NCBI GenBank assembly: GCA_025350465.1
Contig: JANXXU010000023.1
Span: 15,387 to 79,386 of the forward strand
From: Alphaproteobacteria bacterium
GTDB taxonomy: Bacteria; Pseudomonadota; Alphaproteobacteria; Micropepsales; Micropepsaceae
DNA length: 64,000 nucleotides
Direction of reading: 5' to 3'
A program made the translations under genes and the position numbers. Under the pieces are notes generated by a model. That model ran no database searches, was not told the origin of the DNA, and saw only the letters and a list, made by a program, of their open reading frames with translations. Of the stretch, positions 1 to 8,856 are shown piece after piece; position 1 is the first letter of the stretch; each line of letters starts with the position of its first letter.

Positions 1-2040
1 GGCATCGTCAACGGCGGCATCGTCAACTCAGGGCTCATCGACCCGACGAGCGGCATCGTCGTCAACGGCACGGTCGGCAGCATCACCAACAACAGCCCCG
101 GAACGATCGTTGGCACCGTCAATGCCATCAACCTCGCCGGCGCAAACGCCGCCACCACCATCACCGAGAACGGCGGCCTGATCCAAGGTCGCAACGGCTT
201 GACGATCACGACGGCGCTGCGTCTGAACAACACCTTTGCCGACACCTTCAACGGCAACGGCGGCGTCCTGGACGGCAACGTCGCCGCCGATGCCGGCCAC
301 CTCGACAGCATGCAACTGAATCCGTCGACGAGCTTCACCTGGCTCCGCGGCACGGCGAACTCGCTCGATCAATTCAACACCGGCGGCGCGGGCTGGGTGG
401 TATTGGGCGCGGGCTTCCGCGGCGATACCCTTGGCGAAGGCGTGACCGTCACGAGCGCCAACTCGATGACGAACGCCGGTAAGGTCTACCTCGACGACAA
501 CACCGCCGTCGCCTTAGTCAATAATCTGACGCTCAATTCGGGCACGACGCTCGAGTACTTCGTCACCTCGAATGCAGCCACTCACGGGCACATCAATGCC
601 GGCGGCAGCGCCAATCTCGACGGGTCGCTGATCGCGTTCGTCGACGGGGCGAATTTTGCCTCGATCGGAGGCAATACCTTCCTCTACTCCAATATCATAA
701 CGGGCGCCCGGTCGGGCACATTCGCCGACGTTACGACCACGTCGCTCTTCTTCAATGGCCAGGCTATCTACCATCCTGCCGCCGTCGACCTCGAACTCGA
801 TCGCATTTCCTTCAACAACGCGCTGACGCTAACTGGTCTCACGCAAAACGAGCTTTCGGTCGGGACCGCGCTTGAGCAGATCTACACCGGAGGTGGTTTC
901 GGCAGCGATTTCACCAATCTGTACAACTATTTGCTGAGCCTGCCCGGCGGATCGCAGAGTCAAGTCACGGCGATTTATGACGAGCTTGCCGGCGCGGAAC
1001 ATGCGCAAGTGCAACAGGCGACCCTGCGCGCCTCCGAGCCATTCGACACCGCGATCGGCCAGCGCCTCGACGAAGCTAAGCTCAACTTGCGCGGCAGCGG
1101 TTGGGCCGAAAACGGCGAGCGTCGCTATGCCGATGCCGCGCAACAAAGAGTGATGAGCGACGCTGCTCCGCCGCCTTCGGGCAGCCAAGGGCTTCTGCGT
1201 GGCTCGTCGGGCATCTCGATTTGGGGCCGCGGCTACGGAGATTGGACCACCGTCGACGGCGATGCGGAAGCGCCTGGTTACAAGCAGAACGCCGGCGGCA
1301 TCGTCGGCGGCTTGGACTTTGCCGTCGGTGAAAATGCCGTTGTCGGCGGCGCTCTTGGTTGGTCGACGAACAATGTCGATTTCTCGACGCCTGGCGATCA
1401 TGCCGACTTCAATTCGTTCCAGTTCGGTGGTTACGGCTCCTATGGCTTCGGCCGTTTCTACGCCGACGGTCAGGTGAGCTTCGCTTTCCACGACGTCACG
1501 ACGACGCGAGAACTCGATTTGGGCTTCAACACTTTTGTTGCCGACGCCAGCTATAACGCCCGTGCTTGGACCGTCGCCGGTGAAGTCGGCACGGTCTTCA
1601 AGCTGGGCGGCGTCAATCTGCAGCCGATGGTAGGCGTGAACTATACTGACGCTTCGACCAACGGCTTCATCGAATCGGGTGCCGGCGGGTTCAGCCTCAT
1701 CGTTGCGGATGCCAACGCGACCAGCTTCACCTCGACAATCGGCATGCGTGCCTCGGGCGTGTGGACTGTCGGTGGCATGAAGCTCGTGCCGGATGCCAGC
1801 CTCGCCTGGCGTCATGAATTCAGCGACGATCACCAGAGCTTCACCTCGGCCTTCCTCGACGATCCGACGACGCAGTTCTCGATTATTTCGTCCAGAATCA
1901 AGCCCGACAGCGCCGTCGTTGCGGCAGGCGTGACCGCCGGCGTCACCAAGGGCCTCGAGCTCTTCGTCGACTACAACGGCGTCCTCAATTCCGACGCCGA
2001 CAGCCACAACGGTTCGGCCGGCTTCCGAGCGACCTGGTAG
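1..2040 (+). CDS. autotransporter outer-membrane beta-barrel domain protein (5' end upstream of window)
   Basis: Frame 1 is open from base 1 and continuous with ORF 199..2040. It encodes Gly/Asn/Thr-rich passenger-type repeats (GIVNGGIVNSGLIDPTSGIVVNGTVGSITNN...). The C-terminal ~270 aa show an alternating beta-strand pattern and end in GSAGFRATW, a terminal aromatic typical of OMP barrels. A hairpin terminator follows. Confidence 0.85.
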   Translation, partial: GIVNGGIVNSGLIDPTSGIVVNGTVGSITNNSPGTIVGTVNAINLAGANAATTITENGGLIQGRNGLTITTALRLNNTFADTFNGNGGVLDGNVAADAGHLDSMQLNPSTSFTWLRGTANSLDQFNTGGAGWVVLGAGFRGDTLGEGVTVTSANSMTNAGKVYLDDNTAVALVNNLTLNSGTTLEYFVTSNAATHGHINAGGSANLDGSLIAFVDGANFASIGGNTFLYSNIITGARSGTFADVTTTSLFFNGQAIYHPAAVDLELDRISFNNALTLTGLTQNELSVGTALEQIYTGGGFGSDFTNLYNYLLSLPGGSQSQVTAIYDELAGAEHAQVQQATLRASEPFDTAIGQRLDEAKLNLRGSGWAENGERRYADAAQQRVMSDAAPPPSGSQGLLRGSSGISIWGRGYGDWTTVDGDAEAPGYKQNAGGIVGGLDFAVGENAVVGGALGWSTNNVDFSTPGDHADFNSFQFGGYGSYGFGRFYADGQVSFAFHDVTTTRELDLGFNTFVADASYNARAWTVAGEVGTVFKLGGVNLQPMVGVNYTDASTNGFIESGAGGFSLIVADANATSFTSTIGMRASGVWTVGGMKLVPDASLAWRHEFSDDHQSFTSAFLDDPTTQFSIISSRIKPDSAVVAAGVTAGVTKGLELFVDYNGVLNSDADSHNGSAGFRATW

Positions 2041-2062
2041 AGGCAAGATCGAATGTGACCAA

Positions 2063-2087
2063 GGGCGGCCGCTGTGCCGCCCTTTTT
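2063..2087 (+). terminator. rho-independent terminator after autotransporter gene
   Basis: GGGCGGC-cgctgt-GCCGCCC stem-loop followed by TTTTT, 23 nt after the stop codon. Confidence 0.65.
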
Positions 2088-2257
2088 CGTTGCGCCTTCC
2101 CGCGCCCGGCCTGCCGATCTCGATCGCGCTCACGCGGCCCCTCGCTTCGACGGCTCTTCTAGGTAACCATGTCCTTGTGACACAATGCTCACCGGCCCGT
2201 GAATGAGGGGCCTTTGTGGCAAATCTTGCGCGCAGCTAGAGTCGGTCTCGCGTTCGA

Positions 2258-4246
2258 GTGTTGGGGTATTCGATGTTTGGTAGAAGCGCGTGCGCGGCGT
2301 TTGCCGCTGCTGTCATTGTCCTGACGGGAAGCTTTGCACTGTCCGAAGCTCAGCCCGTGCGGCGCATCGAAAAAGGCCCTCTCATTATTGAAGGCGTGCC
2401 GGACACGCCGCCCGCCCTACGCGAGCGGTTGCGTCTTTATCAAGCCGTTCGTGGCGCTCAGCTGATGGATTGGGCGCCCGACGGAAACGGTGTGTTGATT
2501 TCGACCCGTTTCGGCGAAACCAACCAATTGCATCGCGTCGACGTGCCGGACGGCATGCGCCGCCAAATAACGTTTTACGATGAGCCTGTTGCGACAGCGC
2601 TCTATCGTCCGGCCGAGCGCGCCAAGCGCACGATCTTGCTGCAGCGTGACACGGGCGGCGACGAGATCTTTCAACTCTACCTCGTCGATGAAAAGACCGG
2701 CGACACCACGCGCTTGTCCGACGGCAAGTCGCGCAACACCGGCGCCGTGTTTTCGCGTGAGGGACGCTTCGTCGCCTGGACGAGCGTGCCGACCGACTCT
2801 TCCCGCTATCGCATTTTCGTCGCCGAGCCCGGCAAGCCGGGCGCGCCCGACAAAGTCTTGGAGGAAGAGGGCAGTTGGTCGGCGAGCGACTTTTCGCCCG
2901 ACAACGGGACGCTCGCTGTCGTCAAGGACATCTCGGTCTCCGAATCGCAAATCTGGCTTATCGATCTCGACGCCGGCACGAAGACCCAGCTTGATCCCTC
3001 GCCGGCCAAGGTGTTTCGCGAGCAGCCGCGCTTTTCCTCCGACGGCCGCTATCTGTTCTACATCTCCGACGAGAATTCCGAGTTTCGCCGCCTGATCCGT
3101 TACGACATCCGCGAGGGGCGCAAAGACGTCTTCACCGGCAACATGTTGTGGGATGTCGAGCGTTTCGAAATCTCGCCGGACGGTCGCACGATCGCCTTTG
3201 AAGTGAATGCGGGCGGCAACTCCGAACTCGACATTTGGGATATTCGGCGCGGTAAAAAACTGGCTGCCCCGCGCACGCCGCCCGGTGAGATCGAGAATAT
3301 GAAATTCAGCCGCGACAGCCGGCGCTTGGGCTTTACGCTGAACGGCACCACGGGCCGCGATGTCTTCGCTTGGGATTTGCGAAACCACCGCCTGACGCAG
3401 TGGACCGACAGCGAAGTCGGTGGCCTCGACAAATCGGCTTTCGTCGTGCCGCAGCTGATCAACTATCCCACATTCGATCAGCTCGACGGCCGCACGCGTA
3501 TGATCCCGGCTTACTACTACAAGCCCGCAGGTCCTGGACCGTTTCCTGTGCTGATCGACATCCACGGCGGGCCGGAATCGCAGTTTCGGCCGAACTTCAA
3601 CGCCTTCATCCAATATCTGACGCTTGAATTGAAGATCGCCGTTCTCGCGCCGAATGTGCGCGGTTCGATCGGCTATGGCAAAGCCTATGTCGAGCTCGAC
3701 AACGGCATGAAGCGCCTCGACTCGGTGAAAGACATCGGCGCCGCCATCAATTGGGTCGGTACGCAACGCGATCTGAACGCGCAGCGCATTGCCGTCTATG
3801 GCGGCTCCTACGGCGGTTATATGACCTACGCGACGATGGTCGAATACAACGACAAGATTTCGCTTGGCATCAGCGCGGTCGGCATCTCGAATTTCGTGAC
3901 CTTCCTGACCAACACCAGCGGCTATCGCCGCGATTTGCGCCGCGTCGAGTACGGCGACGAACGCGATGCGCAGATGCGCGATTTCCTGGAAAAGATCTCG
4001 CCGCTGACCAACGCCGCCAAGATCAAGAAGCCGCTCTTCATCATCGCCGGCGCCAACGATCCGCGCGTGCCGCCGTCCGAAGCCGAACAGATGCTGCGCG
4101 CGGTGCGCGCCAATGGCGCCGACGCTTGGTACATGCTGGCCAAGGACGAGGGCCACGGCTTCCAGAAGAAGTCGAACCGCGACGCCCAGAACGCCGCGAT
4201 CGCCGCGTTCCTGAAGCTCAAATTGCTGGGTCAGCGCTTGGAGTAG
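2258..4246 (+). CDS. S9 family peptidase (prolyl oligopeptidase / acylaminoacyl-peptidase type) with N-terminal beta-propeller region
   Basis: Signal-peptide-like N-terminus. WD/TolB-like repeats (SPDG.., FSPDNG.., ISPDGR..). C-terminal alpha/beta hydrolase with nucleophile elbow GGSYGGYM, a DPRVP region and EGHGF. Start is GTG 2258 or ATG 2273. Confidence 0.9.
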   Translation: MLGYSMFGRSACAAFAAAVIVLTGSFALSEAQPVRRIEKGPLIIEGVPDTPPALRERLRLYQAVRGAQLMDWAPDGNGVLISTRFGETNQLHRVDVPDGMRRQITFYDEPVATALYRPAERAKRTILLQRDTGGDEIFQLYLVDEKTGDTTRLSDGKSRNTGAVFSREGRFVAWTSVPTDSSRYRIFVAEPGKPGAPDKVLEEEGSWSASDFSPDNGTLAVVKDISVSESQIWLIDLDAGTKTQLDPSPAKVFREQPRFSSDGRYLFYISDENSEFRRLIRYDIREGRKDVFTGNMLWDVERFEISPDGRTIAFEVNAGGNSELDIWDIRRGKKLAAPRTPPGEIENMKFSRDSRRLGFTLNGTTGRDVFAWDLRNHRLTQWTDSEVGGLDKSAFVVPQLINYPTFDQLDGRTRMIPAYYYKPAGPGPFPVLIDIHGGPESQFRPNFNAFIQYLTLELKIAVLAPNVRGSIGYGKAYVELDNGMKRLDSVKDIGAAINWVGTQRDLNAQRIAVYGGSYGGYMTYATMVEYNDKISLGISAVGISNFVTFLTNTSGYRRDLRRVEYGDERDAQMRDFLEKISPLTNAAKIKKPLFIIAGANDPRVPPSEAEQMLRAVRANGADAWYMLAKDEGHGFQKKSNRDAQNAAIAAFLKLKLLGQRLE

Positions 4247-4253
4247 GGTGGCC

Positions 4254-4433
4254 TCAGCCTTCGCCGCGATGAAAGAGGACGCGCGTCAATAGAAAGAGGA
4301 TGATCGCCGCGACGCCGAGGGCGATGACGGCATTCCAGCCGCCGAATATCGACTCGGCAACCGTCGAGATCACAAGGCCCGCGAACCATTGGATGAAGTC
4401 CCAAGCCCGGCCCAAGAAATAGGCGAGATCCAT
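4254..4433 (-). CDS. small hypothetical membrane protein
   Basis: ORF 4254..4457 trimmed to MDLAYFLGRAWDF..., preceded by GGGGA. One or two hydrophobic helices. No family recognised. Confidence 0.35.
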   Translation of the reverse strand: MDLAYFLGRAWDFIQWFAGLVISTVAESIFGGWNAVIALGVAAIILFLLTRVLFHRGEG

Positions 4434-4490
4434 CGTCGTCCCCGCAACTGCCCGCATCGATCGAAAGCAGTCTAACCCTTATCCGGCGTG

Positions 4491-4571
4491 CTGTCCGCCC
4501 GCGCGAACGGCGCTTCTTTTCTCTACGGGCTCAGGAAATCGAGGATCGCCGCCGTTTGCGCGGGCGGACAG
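4491..4571. repeat. long inverted repeat (22-bp arms, 37-nt spacer)
   Basis: Left arm CTGTCCGCCCGCGCGAACGGCG (4491..4512) pairs with right arm CGCCGTTTGCGCGGGCGGACAG (4550..4571). The arms are complementary at all 22 positions if one G-T (G.U) pair is allowed. It lies in the divergent spacer between the small membrane ORF and tesB. Confidence 0.7.
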
Positions 4572-4739
4572 GCGACCTGCCTCGGCAAGATTAATGAACT
4601 TGGCGTGGCCGATCGCACTCTCCAGCGGCCGTCCGGTCCACGATTCTCAGACCAGTTGCAGCCACAGCTTGAAGCGTTAGGTTCGCGCCGGTCGTGCGAG
4701 CGACCGATAGCTTCCCCCCCCACCTGCCTCGAAGGCCTC

Positions 4740-5615
4740 ATGAACGCACCGATCAAGGAAGTACTCGACCTGCTCGATCTCGAAGCGATCGAGGTCAACA
4801 TTTTTCGCGGCACGAGCCCCAGCGACCGCTGGCAGCGTGTCTTCGGCGGCCAAGTGCTGGGTCAAGCACTGGTCGCCGCGAGCCGGACCGTCGAGGACCG
4901 CATCGCCCACTCGCTGCATGCCTATTTCATTCGGCCCGGCGATCCGCGCGTACCGATCCTCTATGAGGTCGACCGCTCGCGCGACGGCAAGAGTTTCACC
5001 ACACGGCGCGTCGTCGCCATTCAGCACGGCGAGCAAATTTTCAACATGGCGGTGTCGTTTCAGGTCGCGGAGGAGGGTCTCGAACACCAGATTTCGATGC
5101 CAATCGTGCCGCCGCCCGAAGATCTTGAGAGTGAAAACGATCGCCGCGTGCGCTTGAGCGCGCAGTTGCCCGAGGAGCAGCGTCACTGGTTCACGCAGCC
5201 GCGCCCGATCGAAGTGCGCGCCGTCATCGACGACGACGATGTTCTCAATCCGCCGAAACACCCACCGTTCCAGCACGTTTGGCTCAAAGCCTCGGGCGAG
5301 ATTCCCTCGGCACTGTCGCTGCATCAATGCGTGCTTGCTTATGCCTCGGACATGACGCTGCTGGACACGTGTCTGCGGCCGCACGGCATCAGCTGGTTCA
5401 GCGGGCGCTTGCAGTCGGCCAGCCTTGATCACGCGATGTGGTTCCATCACCCGTTTCGTGCCGACGAGTGGCTGCTTTACGCGCAAGACAGTCCCTGCGC
5501 ATCGGCCGGCCGCGGCTTCAATCGCGGCAGCCTGTTCACGCGCGAAGGCAAGCTCGTCGCCTCCGTGGCACAGGAGGGACTGATCCGTCTGCGCGAACCG
5601 GCGAAGAGCGAATAG
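4740..5615 (+). CDS. tesB: acyl-CoA thioesterase II
   Basis: MNAPIKEVLDLLDLEAIEVNIFRGTSP...RVFGGQVLGQAL...HSLHAYFIRPGDP is a TesB-type double hotdog sequence. Track ORF 4488..5615 trimmed to the ATG at 4740. Confidence 0.9.
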   Translation: MNAPIKEVLDLLDLEAIEVNIFRGTSPSDRWQRVFGGQVLGQALVAASRTVEDRIAHSLHAYFIRPGDPRVPILYEVDRSRDGKSFTTRRVVAIQHGEQIFNMAVSFQVAEEGLEHQISMPIVPPPEDLESENDRRVRLSAQLPEEQRHWFTQPRPIEVRAVIDDDDVLNPPKHPPFQHVWLKASGEIPSALSLHQCVLAYASDMTLLDTCLRPHGISWFSGRLQSASLDHAMWFHHPFRADEWLLYAQDSPCASAGRGFNRGSLFTREGKLVASVAQEGLIRLREPAKSE

Positions 5616-5834
5616 CGCATTAGCTATTTGTTAACGATTTGATCGCTACGGTTGACGTCTTAGTAACCCCGACTTTCCCGAGTCGGGCATGAGTCCCCGC
5701 CGTCGAGTCGTCCCCCATTCATCCGGCTCAATGGCACCTAGGCGGCCGCCAGCAACCCCCATTGCTGATGGGTAACGGGCGTGAGTGTACCCAGCATTCA
5801 CGCCCCCGCCTGACTTCCGCACTCGACAATGAGG

Positions 5835-8474
5835 TTAGTGGGCAAGCCGCCGTTGGCGCTCCGCATCGCCCGCGCGAGCCAGCGCGGCGGCGATATTGTT
5901 CAACCGCTCGATCGCTTCGAACACGGCCTGGATCGCGCCATCGGTACGCTGGTCGGCCGCGAATGCCTTCTCGGTGAGTTCGACCGGGCTGCCCTTGTTG
6001 CTAGCCTCCTCGAAGCGCCGCGCGATCGCTTGCTCGGAAAAAGCTTCTGCACGCGCCTCGAGCTTGGCGACGAGCGTCGCCAGGGCCTCGACATCGGCGG
6101 TTGCCGACTCGAGCGACAGGTCTTCCTCTTGAATGCCGTCGGTGGCTTCGAGTTGGGCAAAGAGTCGCCGCGCCCGCTCCTCGATCCGCTCGGCCGCCTC
6201 CGCGACGTGCTGCGCGGCGCCTGCACCCGACCCATTCTTAGCGCGGACCATGACTTGGCGCAGCTCGCGTGCCATCGCGTCCAATTCGTCGCGCGTCGGC
6301 GCCGACCGCGCCGCATGCGCCTCGATAACAGCGGCGTGTCGAGTGAGCGTCGCACTCAGTTCGTCGCTTGTTCGCCGTGTCTCCGGCGCATTGCCAAGCT
6401 GACGCATTTCATCGGCAAGACCGGCGAGCGCGGATTTGATGTCCTCGGTATGCGCGGCGTCCTCTGTGACCGCGTGCATCTCGGCGGCCAAGTCGCCTAG
6501 CCGTTCCAACACCTCGGCCTTCGGCACTTCCGCAAGCGTTCTTGGGCTCTCGCGGCGGGCCGACGGGCCTTCCAAGAGCGCGATCGGTTCGCCCGCGGGA
6601 CGTGACGGCAATAGACGCTCCTCGTCGACATGTTCGATCAGCCGCGAGATCTCGCCGCGCACCTTTTCGGCGGCATTGTTGACGGTCTCCGCAATCGCCT
6701 TGAGGTCGGCCATTATTGCATTCCGCATTTCCTCGTCTGGATTGAGATTGTTCAATCGCTCGTTGGTTTTCTTAAGTCGCGCCGCCATCTCGGCGAATAT
6801 CCCGCCGTCCGCCATAAGCGTGCCGACGATGTCTTCGAGCATTCGCCGCGCGCCGCGCACGTCGCCCACGACTTGCCCGAGATAGTGCCTGAGCCCCTCG
6901 CTGTCGCTCCCCAGTGCTTTGCTCGCTTGCGCGAACTCACTCATGCTTGCCGCAAAGCGCTTCTCGGCGGCCGCGGTGCGCTCGTCGAATGTTGTCGTCG
7001 CGCGCGCCAGGGCTTGCGTTGTGTCGATGGTGCGCGATTGCAATCCGGCGACGGTCTGGTCGAGACCCTTCTCGAGCCGGTCGAGCGTGCCCAAGATGCG
7101 TGCCAAATGTTCTTCGGTGCCGCTCAGCAATCCGCCCAACCGCGCCCCGAGCCCGCGCACGGCCTCATTGGTTTGCGCGACGTCGCTGGCGATATGGTCA
7201 TGCGCGGCGAAGAACACTGTCTGACTTTGCTTGGCGTCCTCGCTCGCTTGGCGCAGGCCCTGCGCCGTCGTTGTCAGTTCGCTCAACACGGCGTTGACAC
7301 GTTCTTTGGCGCGCGCCGAGACCCCGGCAAGCTCTTCGCTGCCGTTCGCCAGGCGCCCAGCCACTTGTCCAACCTGGTTCGCGCCGTCCGTCGCCGCGCT
7401 CAACAACGTTTGCGACGAGGCGCGCACGGTTTCGATCACCTGACCGAAATCGCTGCGCAGCGATGTCGCGGCAGCCTGGATGTCACCGCAGGCTTGGCCA
7501 AGTTGTGTGATCGCTGTGTTCAGTTCCGTCCGTCGCGCAACGCCGATTTCGGTTGCGTCGCCCGTCGCCGCCTTGAGCGCCTCCACGGCGCTCGTGACTT
7601 GCGCCGCCAGCTTTTCGAATAATGTCGAGCCGGCTCCTTCGAGCGTCTCGTGGATTTGACCCTGGTCGGCGAGCGTCTTGAGCGCCGGCATGTCGGCAAG
7701 GCCGCGGCGCATTGCTTCGCCCGCCCGCGCCAGTTCACCGATCTCATCGCGCCTGTCCGTCCCCCAAATGCGGTGCGCGACGAATCCCTTTGCCGCAGCC
7801 GAGAGACTTCGTTCGAGAGTGTTTAACGGTTGGATGACGCCGAAGCGCATCACCCAAGCGACAATGAGCAAGCCCGCGACGAGAGCGGCAAGCGTGATGA
7901 CGATCAGTATCAGCGCGCTGTCCAACAGGCCGCCGAGGCCGCGCAGCTGCGAGGAGCGTCCCGTCTCGCGAAGGCGCTCGAACGACGTGGCGAGTGTCAG
8001 ATAGGCCGTTTCGAGTTGTCCGGCGCTTGGGAGCGCTTTGACGGAATCATCCGTCACGCCGCGCAAGCCACTCGGCGGCGTTGCTGGCGCTGCCGCCGCA
8101 GTCTGCGTAAAGGTGTCGACGACGGCTTCGACCTCGCGCAAGGCAGTCGTTGAGGTCGCTTCGCCCACGGTCAGCCGGTCGAGCGCCTTGAGCGCGCCAA
8201 CCGCTTCCGCCGACCGTTTTCCAAGCTCCGCCTGCGCTCGGGTGTCGCCAGTCCAGTAGTCGCGGTAGCTCTTCAAGAACCCGGCATGGCCGAGTGCGTG
8301 CTCGATGATCGCGATCTGGGTCGCGGTCCGTTGCGACGCACTTTCCGGATCGCTCAGCTCACGTTCGAGCTGACCGACATAGCCGATGAAATAAGCGCCG
8401 CCGAAAACCAGCAAAGCCGCCACCGAAATGGCAGCCAGCAGGAAGAGGCGGCTGACACCTGTGAGCGTACGCAA
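5835..8474 (-). CDS. HAMP domain-containing membrane protein with long C-terminal helical region (MCP-like architecture, no recognisable signalling domain)
   Basis: N-terminal TM helix, ~150-aa helical periplasmic segment, second TM helix, then a HAMP-like segment (VIQPLNTLERSLSAAAKGFVAHRIWGTDRRDEIGELARAGEAMRRGL). About 600 aa rich in Ala/Glu/Arg/Leu follow. The start codon at 8474 is TTG, so the start is uncertain. Confidence 0.8.
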   Translation of the reverse strand: MRTLTGVSRLFLLAAISVAALLVFGGAYFIGYVGQLERELSDPESASQRTATQIAIIEHALGHAGFLKSYRDYWTGDTRAQAELGKRSAEAVGALKALDRLTVGEATSTTALREVEAVVDTFTQTAAAAPATPPSGLRGVTDDSVKALPSAGQLETAYLTLATSFERLRETGRSSQLRGLGGLLDSALILIVITLAALVAGLLIVAWVMRFGVIQPLNTLERSLSAAAKGFVAHRIWGTDRRDEIGELARAGEAMRRGLADMPALKTLADQGQIHETLEGAGSTLFEKLAAQVTSAVEALKAATGDATEIGVARRTELNTAITQLGQACGDIQAAATSLRSDFGQVIETVRASSQTLLSAATDGANQVGQVAGRLANGSEELAGVSARAKERVNAVLSELTTTAQGLRQASEDAKQSQTVFFAAHDHIASDVAQTNEAVRGLGARLGGLLSGTEEHLARILGTLDRLEKGLDQTVAGLQSRTIDTTQALARATTTFDERTAAAEKRFAASMSEFAQASKALGSDSEGLRHYLGQVVGDVRGARRMLEDIVGTLMADGGIFAEMAARLKKTNERLNNLNPDEEMRNAIMADLKAIAETVNNAAEKVRGEISRLIEHVDEERLLPSRPAGEPIALLEGPSARRESPRTLAEVPKAEVLERLGDLAAEMHAVTEDAAHTEDIKSALAGLADEMRQLGNAPETRRTSDELSATLTRHAAVIEAHAARSAPTRDELDAMARELRQVMVRAKNGSGAGAAQHVAEAAERIEERARRLFAQLEATDGIQEEDLSLESATADVEALATLVAKLEARAEAFSEQAIARRFEEASNKGSPVELTEKAFAADQRTDGAIQAVFEAIERLNNIAAALARAGDAERQRRLAH

Positions 8475-8610
8475 GCAACCAGGCTCCGTCCCCCTCGGGG
8501 CGAGGCGGTGATTCGCAGCCTGAGTCTAGATGAGCCACACGCCCTGGGCGAGAGCCGCGCTTGATTCTCCCCAAGGTCGGCCATCTTCCGTCTACGGAGA
8601 ATTGTGCCAG

Positions 8611-8826
8611 CTATTTTGGAGGCTCGGCAGCCTCGAAGGCGGCGATCAGTGCATCGGTCCGGGCAAGGATCTTCGCTGTATTGTGGACTGCGGCCTCATG
8701 CGCCAACCGCCAAGCCGCCACCTGTTGTGCCCATCCGCGATGCAGCGCCTCCAGTCCGGCAGTCTCTTCTTGAAGATTGATCGTGACCGGCTTCGCGCGA
8801 TGATCGCGAGCTTCAACCGTTTGCAT
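8611..8826 (-). CDS. hypothetical small protein (71 aa)
   Basis: ORF 8611..8841 trimmed to ATG 8826 (MQTVEARDH...). Helical, no family recognised. More plausible than the Cys-rich opposite-strand ORFs. Confidence 0.3.
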   Translation of the reverse strand: MQTVEARDHRAKPVTINLQEETAGLEALHRGWAQQVAAWRLAHEAAVHNTAKILARTDALIAAFEAAEPPK

Positions 8827-8835
8827 GAATGCCAA

Positions 8836-8853
8836 CCTCACCTTGAGGTGAGG
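8836..8853 (-). terminator. hairpin just downstream of hydroxylase gene (possible weak terminator)
   Basis: CCTCACC-ttga-GGTGAGG, 3 nt after the stop at 8857. On the minus strand it is followed only by a weak U-containing tract (UUGGCAUUC). Confidence 0.3.
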
Positions 8854-8856
8854 ACG

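Noticed and set aside
829-2133. 434-aa ORF antisense to the autotransporter gene
   Set aside because: Arg/Gly/Ala/Asp-rich composition typical of a shadow frame in GC-rich DNA. The sense strand has a clear autotransporter barrel. No motifs found.
2417-4156. 579-aa ORF antisense to the S9 peptidase
   Set aside because: Shadow ORF. The peptidase frame carries the GGSYGG nucleophile elbow and propeller repeats; the antisense product is low-complexity and Arg-rich.
4488-4739. N-terminal 84-codon extension of tesB in the ORF track
   Set aside because: The extension runs through the 22-bp inverted repeat and has non-protein-like composition. TesB homology begins at MNAPIKE (ATG 4740).
5620-5635. 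TTAG-N7-TTAAC just after the tesB stop as a CtrA box
   Set aside because: It is an imperfect match (8 of 9) located between convergent genes with no downstream gene to regulate. It is treated only as part of the spacer observation.
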